From the IMG/VR virus record IMGVR_UViG_3300023371_000069: a stretch of DNA of 64,000 nt. One strand, 5' to 3'. The DNA comes from a virus. Its lineage: Duplodnaviria; Heunggongvirae; Uroviricota; Caudoviricetes. Both the position numbers and the translations under genes were made by a program. The notes under the pieces are model-generated. The model ran no database searches and was not told the origin of the DNA. It saw nothing but the letters and a program-made list of their open reading frames with translations. Within the stretch, counting starts at the first letter, position 1. Every line of letters starts with the position of its first letter. Shown in pieces: positions 28,887 through 39,300 of the stretch.

Positions 28887-30878
28887 ATGGATAGTATCTA
28901 TGATAAAATCAAGTTTCTTGTAAGATACCTTAACGAATGTACAAAAGCATACGATGAAGGTAATCCAAAAATTACGGACGAAGAATGGGATAATAAATAT
29001 TTTGAGTTACAAGAATTAGAAAAAGAAACAGGTTTGATTTTATCTAATTCTCCTACTCAATCTATTTCTTATGAAGTTGTAAATGCTTTGAAAAAAGTTG
29101 AACATTCTCATAAGATGTTATCTCTTGAAAAAACTAAATCCGTTGATGAAGTTTCTGCTTTTGTAGGTAAAAAGGACTTCTTGGCTATGTGTAAGATGGA
29201 CGGTTTAACTTGTTCTCTTACTTACCGCAACGGAGAATTAGTTTCTGCGGAGACTAGGGGAAATGGTCTTGTCGGTGAAGATATCCTGCATAATGCAAGA
29301 GTTCTTCCTTCAATTCCAAGTAAAATTCCTTATATGGATGAATTGGTTATTGATGGAGAAATCATTTGCACCTATACTGATTTTGAAAAATTCAGTTCAG
29401 AATATAAGAACCCTAGAAATTTCGCCGCAGGCAGTATTCGTCTTTTAGACTCCAAAGAATGTGCAAGCCGCAATCTTACATTTGTTGCGTGGGATGTTCT
29501 CACTCCAATGATGTTTGATGATGGTACCGAGTACAAACTTAGCCAAAAACTTAATTATCTTGTACCTTTTGGATTTACTATAGTTCCATATGCGACTGGT
29601 CCTGCTTATTACGCAGATGATACTGAGGTTGAAATGGATATGTTTATTGAGCAAGTGACTCAAATGGCTCAAGGATATAGTTATCCAATTGATGGTGTAG
29701 TTATTAAGTTTAATGATTGTGCTTATGGTCGTTCTCTTGGAGAAACAACGCATCATTTCAAAAATGCTCTGGCATATAAATTCTATGATGAAACTTACCA
29801 GACTAGCTTGTTGGATATTGAATGGACGATGGGTAGAACCGGTGTCCTTACTCCCGTTGCTGTCTTTGAACCAATCGACGTAGATGGTTCGACCGTAGAA
29901 AGAGCTAGCTTACACAATGTAAGTATTCTAAATGAAACTTTACATGGTTGGGGTTATAAAGGCCAAAAGGTGGACGTCTTTAAGGCTAATATGATTATTC
30001 CTCAGATTGCGTCTGCGGAAGAACCCGAGGATTTACCTCAGTATGATTATCCTTGGTTTGAACGCCCCAATTGTTGTCCTGTGTGCGGCGGTGAGGTCAA
30101 GTATAGTAAGTTGAATGACTCTATGAATCTGACCTGTGTCTCTCCAACTTGTCCTGGTAAACTAATCAATCGTCTGGACCACTTCTGCGGTAAGAAAGGT
30201 CTTGATATGAAGGGTATCTCAAAGGCAACTTTAGAGAAACTGATTGATTGGGGTTGGGTCAATGATTTTACTGACATTTTTGAACTTTCCATTCGTAGAA
30301 GTGAATGGGTCCAGAAGCCTGGATTTGGAGCCAAATCCGTCGAGAAGGTTCTGAACGCTATTAATACTGGCGCAAATTGTGAACTACATCAGTTCATTGC
30401 GGCCCTCGGTATTCCGTTGATTGGCTCAACGGCATCGAAAGAATTGGCAAAGCACTTTGAAACTTGGGAAAAGTTTGTCGAGGCAGCGGAAGGTGGTTTC
30501 GCTTTCTACACTCTTCCTAATTTCGGTGGTGAAATGCATAATAGTTTAGTTAGCTTTAATTATGCCGAAGCAAAACTACTTGCTGACCATTATATTCACT
30601 TTAATGCACCTGAAGTCGCTCCCGCCCCGGTCGGCGAGAGTTTAACTGGAAAAACTTTTGTAATTACTGGAAAACTCACTCATTTCAAGAACCGTGATGA
30701 AATCAAGGCACGAATTGAGGCTCTTGGAGGAAAGGTAACTGGTTCTGTTTCTAAGAACACAAATTTCCTCATTAACAATGATGTGAATTCCACTTCCTCT
30801 AAGAACATGACTGCCAAGTCATTGGGGATTCCAATCTTGTCAGAATCTGACTTCATTCAGACTTTTGGAATCGAGTAA
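28887..30878 (+). CDS. ligA: NAD+-dependent DNA ligase
   Basis: CKMDGL adenylation lysine motif, Zn finger Cx2C...Cx2C, HhH, C-terminal BRCT (GKTFVITG). Confidence 0.85.
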   Translation: MDSIYDKIKFLVRYLNECTKAYDEGNPKITDEEWDNKYFELQELEKETGLILSNSPTQSISYEVVNALKKVEHSHKMLSLEKTKSVDEVSAFVGKKDFLAMCKMDGLTCSLTYRNGELVSAETRGNGLVGEDILHNARVLPSIPSKIPYMDELVIDGEIICTYTDFEKFSSEYKNPRNFAAGSIRLLDSKECASRNLTFVAWDVLTPMMFDDGTEYKLSQKLNYLVPFGFTIVPYATGPAYYADDTEVEMDMFIEQVTQMAQGYSYPIDGVVIKFNDCAYGRSLGETTHHFKNALAYKFYDETYQTSLLDIEWTMGRTGVLTPVAVFEPIDVDGSTVERASLHNVSILNETLHGWGYKGQKVDVFKANMIIPQIASAEEPEDLPQYDYPWFERPNCCPVCGGEVKYSKLNDSMNLTCVSPTCPGKLINRLDHFCGKKGLDMKGISKATLEKLIDWGWVNDFTDIFELSIRRSEWVQKPGFGAKSVEKVLNAINTGANCELHQFIAALGIPLIGSTASKELAKHFETWEKFVEAAEGGFAFYTLPNFGGEMHNSLVSFNYAEAKLLADHYIHFNAPEVAPAPVGESLTGKTFVITGKLTHFKNRDEIKARIEALGGKVTGSVSKNTNFLINNDVNSTSSKNMTAKSLGIPILSESDFIQTFGIE

Positions 30879-30907
30879 TTGACAAAAAGAAAAAAATTTT
30901 GTATAAT
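30879..30907 (+). promoter_or_regulatory. sigma-70-like promoter (TTGACA-17-TATAAT)
   Basis: ttgacaaaaagaaaaaaattttgtataat. Confidence 0.6.
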
Positions 30908-30939
30908 AAAATCGTAAAGATTAAGGATGAAAATTTTCA

Positions 30940-31131
30940 ATGAAGAAAAAAGAACTCAAGAATCTGGCTGTAAAAATCGCTAAGTGCGAACGAATCATTC
31001 AAACGAGCGATGATAAGAAAGCCGTTCATCAAGCAGAAGAAGAAATTATGCGTCTCTCAAGTTCCGTCGATAGACTGGAAGATATGGTCGCTATTGACGA
31101 GCTTGTGATGGAACTGCTTGAGAAAAATTAA
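30940..31131 (+). CDS. hypothetical protein
   Basis: ORF only. Confidence 0.35.
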   Translation: MKKKELKNLAVKIAKCERIIQTSDDKKAVHQAEEEIMRLSSSVDRLEDMVAIDELVMELLEKN

Positions 31132-31140
31132 AAAAAATTC

Positions 31141-31169
31141 TTGACTTTTCAAAAATTTTTTGATATAAT
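31141..31169 (+). promoter_or_regulatory. sigma-70-like promoter (TTGACT-17-TGaTATAAT)
   Basis: ttgacttttcaaaaattttttgatataat. Confidence 0.6.
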
Positions 31170-31240
31170 ATTTACATAACCGAGAGGTTAGAAAATATAA
31201 ACTAAAAAAATATTATTTATTAAGAAGGAGATTATTTACT

Positions 31241-31516
31241 ATGGCTATGAAGGAAAATTCCAAGAAGGTTCTGAATTATTTGAAGGAGATTAACGGCGAG
31301 AACGTAACTGCTGCTGACGTTGCTGCTGCTCTGGGTCTAGAGAAGCGCTCTGTTGATGGCATCTTTACTTCCGCTATTCAGCGTAAGGGCTTGGGTGTTC
31401 GTACTCCCGCTGAAATCGAGCTAGAGGATGGTACTCACAAGCAGGTTAAGTTCCTGTCTCTGACTCCTGCAGGCATGAGCTTCGACCCTGACGCAACTGA
31501 AGAAGCTGCTGAGTAA
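31241..31516 (+). CDS. hypothetical protein (own strong promoter and terminator)
   Basis: Flanked by a promoter and a terminator; AAGGAG RBS. Confidence 0.45.
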   Translation: MAMKENSKKVLNYLKEINGENVTAADVAAALGLEKRSVDGIFTSAIQRKGLGVRTPAEIELEDGTHKQVKFLSLTPAGMSFDPDATEEAAE

Positions 31517-31530
31517 TTTTGACATATACT

Positions 31531-31566
31531 AAGGGGTAAGATATTAAATATCTTACCCCATTTTTC
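31531..31566 (+). terminator. rho-independent terminator
   Basis: ggggtaagata-ttaaa-tatcttacccc followed by TTTTT. Confidence 0.7.
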
Positions 31567-31572
31567 TTCCAT

Positions 31573-32565
31573 ATGGTGGAATTACTTATTTTTCTAATTT
31601 CGTTCATCTTGTCGTCCCTTATTACGGGATATGTTGTATATCGCATTCTGCGTCCCCGCATTCACGCGGCGCTGGAGTTGGATGCGCAGACTGCCAAAGA
31701 GAACGAAAGAATTTAGGAGTAGAATCGTTTAGCCGAAGAGGGCCGCATATGGCTTGAAGCTGAAACTAAACGACTAACAGAAGAAAATAGTAGGTTGTTG
31801 CTCCAAAAGGACTCAACCATTGAATAGATTAACACATTAAATAGTAGTATTACAGCTATGGAAAAGCAGGCTCAAGAAGCCGCAGATTTATTTTATAGTT
31901 CAAAAATGGAAGTCGCTCAAGAAAATCTGGCTCGCTCTTTGGAGCTTGAAGCATAGAAATATCAAAAGAATGTCGCTTCTTTTGAAGTATAGTATCAAGA
32001 AACCGTAGCTGGCTTGATGGAATAGTATAAAGCTCTTGAAGGAAATGTGGCTATTATGCGTGCTACAAACGATGCCGCAGTTGCCGCAGCCAAGAGAGCA
32101 GAAGAAATGAAAGACCAACAAGACTACTATCGCATTTAGCTTTCTGCCGCAGACCTCCACGAAATTGAGCTTCTGCGTGAGGTAGAACCTTATTTGCGTG
32201 ATAAAGAACCTTTAAATAAGGTTATTTGGAAATGCTATTATGAAAAACCAACGACAGATATGATTGGTAGAGTTATTGGTTCTGGTGTTCATACTGGAAT
32301 TTATAAAATTACTGAAATCTCTTCTGGAAAATGTTATGTTGGTTAGGCTGCCAATTTAGCAGACCGCTGGAAATAGCATATTAAACGAGGTGTAGGTGCA
32401 GACGCACCCACTCGTAATAAATTATATCCTGCAATGATTGCGGCCGGACCCGAGAACTTCACTTTCGAGGTTGTTGAAGAGTGCGACCGTTCCAGACTGG
32501 ACGAGAGAGAAGATTACTGGCAAGATTATTTTAAAGCAAAAGAGTTTGGATATAGTATTAAATAA
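31573..32565 (+). CDS. GIY-YIG nuclease-domain protein with N-terminal TM helix and coiled coil; 9 in-frame TAG codons
   Basis: No conventional ORF here, but one frame is open except for TAGs. C-terminus reads GIYKITEISSGKCYVG-Q-AANLADRWK-Q-HIKRG, a canonical GIY-YIG motif. Confidence 0.55.
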
Positions 32566-32578
32566 AAGGAGTTAATTT

Positions 32579-32851
32579 ATGTATCGTATTATTGATAGCC
32601 GTAGTTCCGGCAAGACAAGTAGATTGATGCTTTTGGCAAAGGAAACTAATTCCGCAATTGCCTGTATGAATCCACATGCCATGAGAGCAAAAGCTCACGC
32701 ATATGGCATTACTGGTATTGAATTTATCAGTTATAGTCAGCTCTTTAATGGCGAGTACGAAGGTGATGTAATGATTGATGAACTGGAAGTTTTTGTTCAA
32801 AATTACATTGATTGTAAATTAACTGGATATAGTTTGTCAAATGAGGATTGA
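32579..32851 (+). CDS. hypothetical protein
   Basis: ORF only. Confidence 0.35.
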   Translation: MYRIIDSRSSGKTSRLMLLAKETNSAIACMNPHAMRAKAHAYGITGIEFISYSQLFNGEYEGDVMIDELEVFVQNYIDCKLTGYSLSNED

Positions 32852-32855
32852 GAAT

Positions 32856-33746
32856 ATGAAAATTATTTCTAATGCTGACCAGTATATGTATTCAATGATT
32901 AAGGAAATCAAAGAATACGGATATAAGGATGAAAATCCCCGCCCTCATTATGCGGACGGCACTCCCGCACACACCTACTCTGTAAATCATACTTTTAGAA
33001 CTTATGATTTGAGTAGAGGTAATTTCCCCATTTGCACTCTAAGACCCCAGGCTTGGAAAACTGGTATTAGAGAAATTTTCACGATTTATCAGCATCCAAC
33101 CAATAACATCAAAGAGATGCATGAGCGTGGAGTTACCTGGTGGGATGAATGGGATATTGGCGATGGCACTATCGGACAACGATATGGTGCAACCGTAGAC
33201 CGCTATGATTTAATCAATAATTTGATTGAAGATATTAAAAATGACCCATATGGTCGCCGCAAGATTGTTTCACTATGGCAAGAAACTGACTTGCATGAGA
33301 CTCCTGGCTTAGCTCCATGTGCGTTCCTTACTATTTGGAATGTTCGTGGCGAGTACCTGGATATGATGCTTGTTCAGCGTAGTGGTGATATGCTTACTGC
33401 TTCTGGCCCCGGTGGAATTAATGAAATTCAATATGCTGCATTACTAATGATGATTGCTCGTCATACTGGTTATCAGCCCGGCGTTTTTACTCACGTTGTT
33501 GCTAATGAGCAGATTTATGACCGTCATCTTGAGGCTGCTGATGAAATGCTTCGTCGCTTTGATGAAAAATCTAACGCTGATTGGGAGAAATTCCAGTCAG
33601 ACCCCGAAGAATGGAAAAAGCAACGCAAGCCAATGCTCGTATTGAATCCAAACGCAACTAACTTTTTTGAAATGACAATTGATGACTTCACTATGGAGAA
33701 TTATGAACCTATGAAGCCACAATTGAAATTGGAGTTGGGAATTTAA
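32856..33746 (+). CDS. thyA: thymidylate synthase family (ThyA-like; divergent at some conserved positions)
   Basis: FRTYDLSRGNFPICTLR (cf. MRFNLQDGFPLVTTK), APCAF catalytic Cys region, VQRSGD (cf. YQRSCD). Confidence 0.65.
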   Translation: MKIISNADQYMYSMIKEIKEYGYKDENPRPHYADGTPAHTYSVNHTFRTYDLSRGNFPICTLRPQAWKTGIREIFTIYQHPTNNIKEMHERGVTWWDEWDIGDGTIGQRYGATVDRYDLINNLIEDIKNDPYGRRKIVSLWQETDLHETPGLAPCAFLTIWNVRGEYLDMMLVQRSGDMLTASGPGGINEIQYAALLMMIARHTGYQPGVFTHVVANEQIYDRHLEAADEMLRRFDEKSNADWEKFQSDPEEWKKQRKPMLVLNPNATNFFEMTIDDFTMENYEPMKPQLKLELGI

Positions 33747-33747
33747 A

Positions 33748-34245
33748 ATGATTTCTGCAATTGTTGCTGTTGATAATAATTGGGGAATTGGTTATAATGG
33801 AGACCTATTGGAACATATTCCAGAAGATTTGAAGTATTTCAAGGCACTCACTACTGGCCATGTTGTAGTGATGGGAAGAAAAACCTGGGATTCATTACCC
33901 CAAAAGCCACTTAAAGATAGACTAAATATTGTTATCTCCAGATAGCCAAGAGGTCCTCTTGGAAACATGACTTTTAGCATTCCAATGGATGAAGCTAAAG
34001 TACGAGTTTCTTTGTCTGATGATGATGAAGAATGGTTTATTATTGGCGGTGGCTCAATATACCAAGAATTCCTTTCTGTTTGTGACCGTGTTTATGTGAC
34101 AAAAATTTATAAAGACCACGATAATGTTGATACTTATTTTCCGAATCTAGATGAATCGGAAGAGTGGGCGCCTGCTGCGTGCGGACAGCTACTAACATAT
34201 AACGACTTAACTTATCAGTTCTGGCAATATGACAGAATTAGTTGA
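33748..34245 (+). CDS. folA: dihydrofolate reductase with in-frame TAG at 33943-33945
   Basis: MISAIVAVDNNWGIG..., VVMGRKTW. Read through TAG the sequence gives NIVISR-Q-PRG, matching E. coli FolA NIILSSQPG. Confidence 0.7.
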
Positions 34246-34270
34246 TTTTTTAAATTAAATTTGTTATAAT
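34242..34270 (+). promoter_or_regulatory. sigma-70-like promoter of the repeated family
   Basis: ttgattttttaaattaaatttgttataat. Confidence 0.65.
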
Positions 34271-34314
34271 ATATATACAAGGTAAATAAAAAAGAAAGTG
34301 AGTTATCTGTAAAA

Positions 34315-34668
34315 ATGAGTAAAAAGCAAGAATTTATTAAGTATGTAAATGAGTTGATTGTCGCGGCTCCGAATATTCAGCCGAATGAAGATGCAAGTCT
34401 TTATTGGTCTGCGTTCTGTGGACTGGACGAAAATGGCGAAAAACCTTTGTTTACCGATAATGGTAAGTTAATTCTGAAGTTCCTCCAGGAGCATCAGGAA
34501 ACACCTATGTGGAAGGCAAGAGATATTGCTGAAGGTCTGTTTATCAGTTCTCGTGCAGTCTCCGGTGCGATGCGTAAGCTAGTCACTGATGGTTTCGTCG
34601 AAAAGGTTGGTCAGGACCCGGTTATCTACTCTATCACTGACAATGGAAAAAATATTGAGATTGAATAA
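34315..34668 (+). CDS. winged-helix (MarR/PadR-like) DNA-binding protein
   Basis: ARDIAEGLFISSRAVSGAMRKLVTDGFVEKVG wHTH pattern. Confidence 0.4.
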   Translation: MSKKQEFIKYVNELIVAAPNIQPNEDASLYWSAFCGLDENGEKPLFTDNGKLILKFLQEHQETPMWKARDIAEGLFISSRAVSGAMRKLVTDGFVEKVGQDPVIYSITDNGKNIEIE

Positions 34669-34685
34669 GGAGATTTAATTTAATT

Positions 34686-35624
34686 ATGAAAAAGACTATG
34701 ATTAATCAGACTCACATTGAGGGTATTTTGTATGAGCATGACTTAACTTTGAAGGAGTCTGGAGAGACCTCCAAGAATCCTGGAACCAAGTTCATTTCTG
34801 GTACTATCAGCATTGCAACTGATGATGCTATGACTAATATTGTTCCAGTTCATTTCACTTATGTGACTGCAACTTTCGGTTCCGGCAAGCCCAATGATAC
34901 TTTCACTACTTTGAGTAATATCATTAATGGCACTTTCGGTTCTTATATGAAGGATGGTGCTGATAAGGCCGTTAAGCTTCGCGTTGACTCTGCATTGGGT
35001 CTAAATGAGTTCTATACCGACCGTAATGGTAAGGAAGAGCTTGTTTCTGCAAAGCGTAACGAAGGCGGTTTCGTTCATAAGGTTGATGCCTTGGACGAAG
35101 ATGAAAAGGTTCGTAACACTTTCAAGGCTGATATGGTTATCACTTCTGTAAAGCATATTGATGCTGACGATGAGAAGAACCTGCCTGAGAAGTGCATTGT
35201 TAAGGGTGCTATCTTCGACTTCCGTAAGAGTTTGCTTCCTATTGAGTTCAGCGCTACTAATCCTAACGCTATGAGATATTTTGAGAGTCTTGAGGCTTCT
35301 CAGAAGAATCCTGTGTTCACTTGTGTTTGGGGACGTCAGGTATCTGAAGTCGTTGTTCGTCAGATTGTAACTGAGTCCGCATTCGGTGAGGACGAGGTTC
35401 GTGAGGTTAAGAATACTCGTCGTGATTTCGTCATCACTGGCGCAGCTAAGGAGCCTTACGTATGGGACGACGAGAGTTCTATCACTGCTGCTGAGCTGAA
35501 TGAAGCTATCCAGAAGCGTGAGGTTGATTTGGCTGCTATGAAGAAGCGTCAGGATGAATATAAGGCATCTCGTAACGCTGCTCCTAAGGCCGCAGCTCCT
35601 GCTCAGGGCGGATTTAATTTCTAA
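34686..35624 (+). CDS. hypothetical protein, possible ssDNA-binding protein
   Basis: C-terminal flexible tail ending GGFNF (cf. SSB DDIPF tip); sits in the replication module. Confidence 0.35.
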   Translation: MKKTMINQTHIEGILYEHDLTLKESGETSKNPGTKFISGTISIATDDAMTNIVPVHFTYVTATFGSGKPNDTFTTLSNIINGTFGSYMKDGADKAVKLRVDSALGLNEFYTDRNGKEELVSAKRNEGGFVHKVDALDEDEKVRNTFKADMVITSVKHIDADDEKNLPEKCIVKGAIFDFRKSLLPIEFSATNPNAMRYFESLEASQKNPVFTCVWGRQVSEVVVRQIVTESAFGEDEVREVKNTRRDFVITGAAKEPYVWDDESSITAAELNEAIQKREVDLAAMKKRQDEYKASRNAAPKAAAPAQGGFNF

Positions 35625-35647
35625 TTTAAACTGAGGAGGACATAAAC

Positions 35648-36619
35648 ATGGCAATTGATTTATTGGCTCTACAGCCTCATAAAGTTTCTCGTGACCTAAG
35701 TGGTTACATCACATATATTTACGGCGCTCCTAAGTGCGGCAAGACTACTCTTGCCGTACAGATGGATAAGGCCCTTCTAGTTGCTTTCGAACCTGGTTAT
35801 CACGCATTGCCTGGTGTTATGGCACAGGATGTTACTTCCTGGGCCGAAATGAAGCAGCTGTACCGTCAGTTGAAGGACCCTCGTGTTCAGGAGATGTATC
35901 GCTGTGTTATTATTGACACTATTGACATCGCTGCCGACCGTTGTAAGAAGTATATCTGCAATCAGAATGGCATTGAGGACTTAGGTGACCTTGGCTACGG
36001 TAAAGGTTGGACTAAGTTCAAGGAAGAGTTTAATGAAGTATTCCGTGGCTTGACTCAGTTGGGTTATGCAGTATTCTTCATTGGACACGATAAGCCCGAA
36101 TCCATTGATAATCCCGATGGTACTAAGACTTTGAAGATTCGTCCTACTCTAAGCAACTCCACCAAGACTGTTATCGCTGGTATGGCTGATATTTACGGTT
36201 ATGCTCATCAGAAGGCCGCAGGTGAGATGTCTGTTCTGACTCTGCGTGATGCTTCTGGTACTATTGAGTGCGGCTGCCGTTTCAAGTATATGCCTACTGA
36301 AATTGTTATGAGCTACAAGAATCTTGTTAATGCTTTGAATGAAGCTATTGACAAGGAAGCCGCTGAAACTGCTGGTCAGTTCGTAACTAGCGAGCGCATT
36401 GTTGCTCCTACTGCGGTAACTTATGATTACGATGCTCTGATGGCTGAATTCCAGGACTTGGTCGGTCAGCTAATGAGTAAGGGTACTACCAACGGCCCCA
36501 AGATTACTGCTATTGTTGAGAGATATCTTGGCAAGGGCAAGAAGGTAGGAGACACCACTCCTGAGCAGGCTGAATTCGTTAGCTTGATTGTTGCTGACAT
36601 TAAGTCTGACCTAATGTAA
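35648..36619 (+). CDS. AAA_24/Sak4-like RecA-fold recombination ATPase
   Basis: ITYIYGAPKCGKTTLA Walker A, VIIDTID Walker B. Confidence 0.55.
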   Translation: MAIDLLALQPHKVSRDLSGYITYIYGAPKCGKTTLAVQMDKALLVAFEPGYHALPGVMAQDVTSWAEMKQLYRQLKDPRVQEMYRCVIIDTIDIAADRCKKYICNQNGIEDLGDLGYGKGWTKFKEEFNEVFRGLTQLGYAVFFIGHDKPESIDNPDGTKTLKIRPTLSNSTKTVIAGMADIYGYAHQKAAGEMSVLTLRDASGTIECGCRFKYMPTEIVMSYKNLVNALNEAIDKEAAETAGQFVTSERIVAPTAVTYDYDALMAEFQDLVGQLMSKGTTNGPKITAIVERYLGKGKKVGDTTPEQAEFVSLIVADIKSDLM

Positions 36620-36630
36620 GAATTTGTATC

Positions 36631-36665
36631 AGGTCGGGGCGTTCCGCTCCGACTTGATTTTTTTT
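36631..36665 (+). terminator. rho-independent terminator
   Basis: gtcggggcg-ttc-cgctccgac followed by a T-run. Confidence 0.6.
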
Positions 36666-36682
36666 ATTTTTTATGGTATAAT
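36654..36682 (+). promoter_or_regulatory. sigma-70-like promoter of the repeated family
   Basis: ttgattttttttattttttatggtataat. Confidence 0.65.
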
Positions 36683-36716
36683 ATATTATAAGAAATGTAA
36701 GAAAGGAGCATAAGGT

Positions 36717-37376
36717 ATGGCACATATGGTTCTCTGTCCTTATTGTAAATAGAAGTTTGACAGAGATAAGGAAGAATATGCGTTAATCGGTGCGCGTCGC
36801 TATGCACACGCCGCCTGTATGCTTCGTGAAGCAGAGAAAGACCCAAACTATGTAAAGAAAGAAATCATTGACCCACTTGATAATGTTAAGTGTGCATATT
36901 GTCAAAAACCAATGTCCAAGAAAGACGCAGATTGCGTTATGATTGGAAATAATAAATATGTTCATAAGGCTTGTCAAGAGCTTGAAGAGAAGCGTGAAAA
37001 AACTGATAAGGAACAGTTGGAAGATTATATTAAAGAATTATTTAATACAACTTACATTGACCCAAGAGTTAGAGCGCAGATTAAAAAGTATGTTGAGGAA
37101 TTCAATTATACATATTCGGGCATTCGCAAAGCATTAGTATATCATTATGAAATAAAAGGCGGAGACAAGTCAAAAGCAAATGGTGGTATTGGTATTGTAC
37201 CTTATGTGTATGAAAATGCTTATAACTACTATTATAATTTATGGCTTGCCAAGCAGAAAAATAAAGATGTTGAAGTCGAACAATATACTCCAAAGGTCAA
37301 GGAGATTGTTATCCCCAGGCCGCAGAGAAAAGTTAAAAAGCGTCCGTTATTCACATTTTTAGACGAGGAGGAGTAA
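36717..37376 (+). CDS. duplicated zinc-ribbon protein with Lys-rich tail; in-frame TAG at 36750-36752
   Basis: AAAGGAG RBS. MAHMVLCPYCK-Q-KF...HAAC duplicated as CAYCQKP...HKAC. Confidence 0.4.
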
Positions 37377-37379
37377 ATA

Positions 37380-38921
37380 ATGGGCAGTAAGTATGTAGAT
37401 ACAACTGCGATTATGCAGGTAATTGGCTGCGTGTTTAATACCCCTCAGCTTCTGGAAGCGACTGATAGATATTCAATTGTCGATGAAGATTTCGCAGACC
37501 CTTTCCATAAAACTGTTTTTGGTGCGATTTATAAAATCCATGAATTGGGTGCGAATAAAATCACATTGGAGAGTATCTCCGATTTCTTATCGTCAAGACC
37601 CAAGAGTGCTGCGGTATATAAGCAAGGCAAGGGCGAAGAGTGGTTACTGAAGATTTCAGAAAACGCAATGCCATCAGCATTTGATTACTATTATGGACGA
37701 TTAAAGAAATTCTCTTTACTTCGTGCATTTGATAACTGCGGAATTGATGTTACCGATATTTATGACGCAGATAATATTTTAGATACAAAGAAAAAGCAAC
37801 TCCAAGAGGACCAATTAGATAATTCAACTTTGGAAGAAATTGCTGATAAAGTTGATAAAAAGATTGATGATATTCGACTTCAATATGTTGATGACGCTTT
37901 TGGAGAAGCACAGCAAGCCGGTGATGGAATTTTTGATTTGATTGAAAAATTCAAAGAGCATCCAGAAGTCGGTGTACCTCTATATGGCCCGCTTATTAAT
38001 ACAGTTACTCGTGGCGCAAGATTGAAGAAATTCTATCTTCGTTCTGCGGCAACCGGTATCGGTAAAACTCGTTCAATGATTGCGGACTGCTGCTATATTG
38101 GTTGTAATAAGATTTACGATGAAACTTTTGGATGGATTGGTAGTGGCCCTGCCGAGCCAGTTTTATTCATCACAACAGAGCAGGAACTTGAAGAAATTCA
38201 AACTATGATGCTTGCGTTCTTATCTAACGTTAACGAGGAACATATTCTTAATGGCGAATATGGCGAAGGCGAAGAGGAACGAATTCTTCAAGCGGCAAAG
38301 TTATTAAAAGAAAGTCCTATTTATGTAGAAGAGTTGCCTGACTTCTCTCTACAGGATGTTGAAAATAAAATCAAAAAGAATATTCGTGAACATGATGTAA
38401 AATATGTGTTCCACGATTATATTCATACAAGTTTGAAAATCTTGGAAGAAATCACAAAGCGTTCTGGTGGCGTTAAGTTGAGAGAAGATAATATTCTATT
38501 CATGCTGTCAACTCGTTTAAAAGACATTTGTAATCAGTATGGTGTGTTTATTATGTCAGCAACCCAGTTGAACGGTGATTACCAAGATAGTAAAACTCCC
38601 GACCAGAACTTACTGCGTGGTGCGAAAGCCATTGCGGATAAGATTGACTATGGTTCTATTTTGTTGTCTGTAAAAGATGATGATTTGGTATCTCTGGAAA
38701 ATATATTGTCCTCTAATATTTTTGAAAGACCTACAATTAAGATGTCTATTTATAAAAATAGACGAGGACGATACAAGGGTGTAATTTTGTGGTGTAAGGC
38801 TGATTTGGGTGTTTGCCGAATTAAACCAATGTTCTGCACCACATATGATTATGAAATGGTGAGTATTGATGATGTTCGTATTAGAATCGATGAAGAGTCA
38901 GCTTTCGAGTGCGAAGATTGA
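37380..38921 (+). CDS. dnaB: DnaB-family replicative helicase
   Basis: N-terminal DnaB-like domain, Walker A SAATGIGKT, RecA-fold C-domain. Confidence 0.7.
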   Translation: MGSKYVDTTAIMQVIGCVFNTPQLLEATDRYSIVDEDFADPFHKTVFGAIYKIHELGANKITLESISDFLSSRPKSAAVYKQGKGEEWLLKISENAMPSAFDYYYGRLKKFSLLRAFDNCGIDVTDIYDADNILDTKKKQLQEDQLDNSTLEEIADKVDKKIDDIRLQYVDDAFGEAQQAGDGIFDLIEKFKEHPEVGVPLYGPLINTVTRGARLKKFYLRSAATGIGKTRSMIADCCYIGCNKIYDETFGWIGSGPAEPVLFITTEQELEEIQTMMLAFLSNVNEEHILNGEYGEGEEERILQAAKLLKESPIYVEELPDFSLQDVENKIKKNIREHDVKYVFHDYIHTSLKILEEITKRSGGVKLREDNILFMLSTRLKDICNQYGVFIMSATQLNGDYQDSKTPDQNLLRGAKAIADKIDYGSILLSVKDDDLVSLENILSSNIFERPTIKMSIYKNRRGRYKGVILWCKADLGVCRIKPMFCTTYDYEMVSIDDVRIRIDEESAFECED

Positions 38922-38998
38922 GCGTGGCTCAAGAAGTAAATTAAATTTGTTACACGATTCCGATTTTGGAATTATTGATAAAAAGGAGATTAATGATA

Positions 38999-39300
38999 TG
39001 GCAGAGTTTGTAAAGAAGAATAATAACGGCAAGAGAAACAATAACCGCAAGCCCAATAACAATACACCTCGTTTGGACGGAGCTTTTAACAAGAAGCGTG
39101 ACACCATTCCCGCTCCTGATGTTTGCGCCGGCACTTTCGAGTACAAGATGGGCAAGGTCATGGCTGAGCAGATTCTCAATGACGCCAAGACTAAGAGCGG
39201 TAAGTTGCCCAAGCCCGCACAGGAGATTCTGTGTGATTATGTAAACCGCGAGTGCGGTTTGAAAGGATTCTGCGTCAAGGTTCTTGTTGATATTAATTAA
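38999..39300 (+). CDS. basic hypothetical protein
   Basis: AAAGGAG RBS; Asn/Lys/Arg-rich N-terminus. Confidence 0.3.

Noticed and set aside
33945-33967. Possible intron or split gene in DHFR
   Set aside because: The two halves are in the same frame and separated by a single TAG at a position that is Gln in FolA. There is no intron-like insert.
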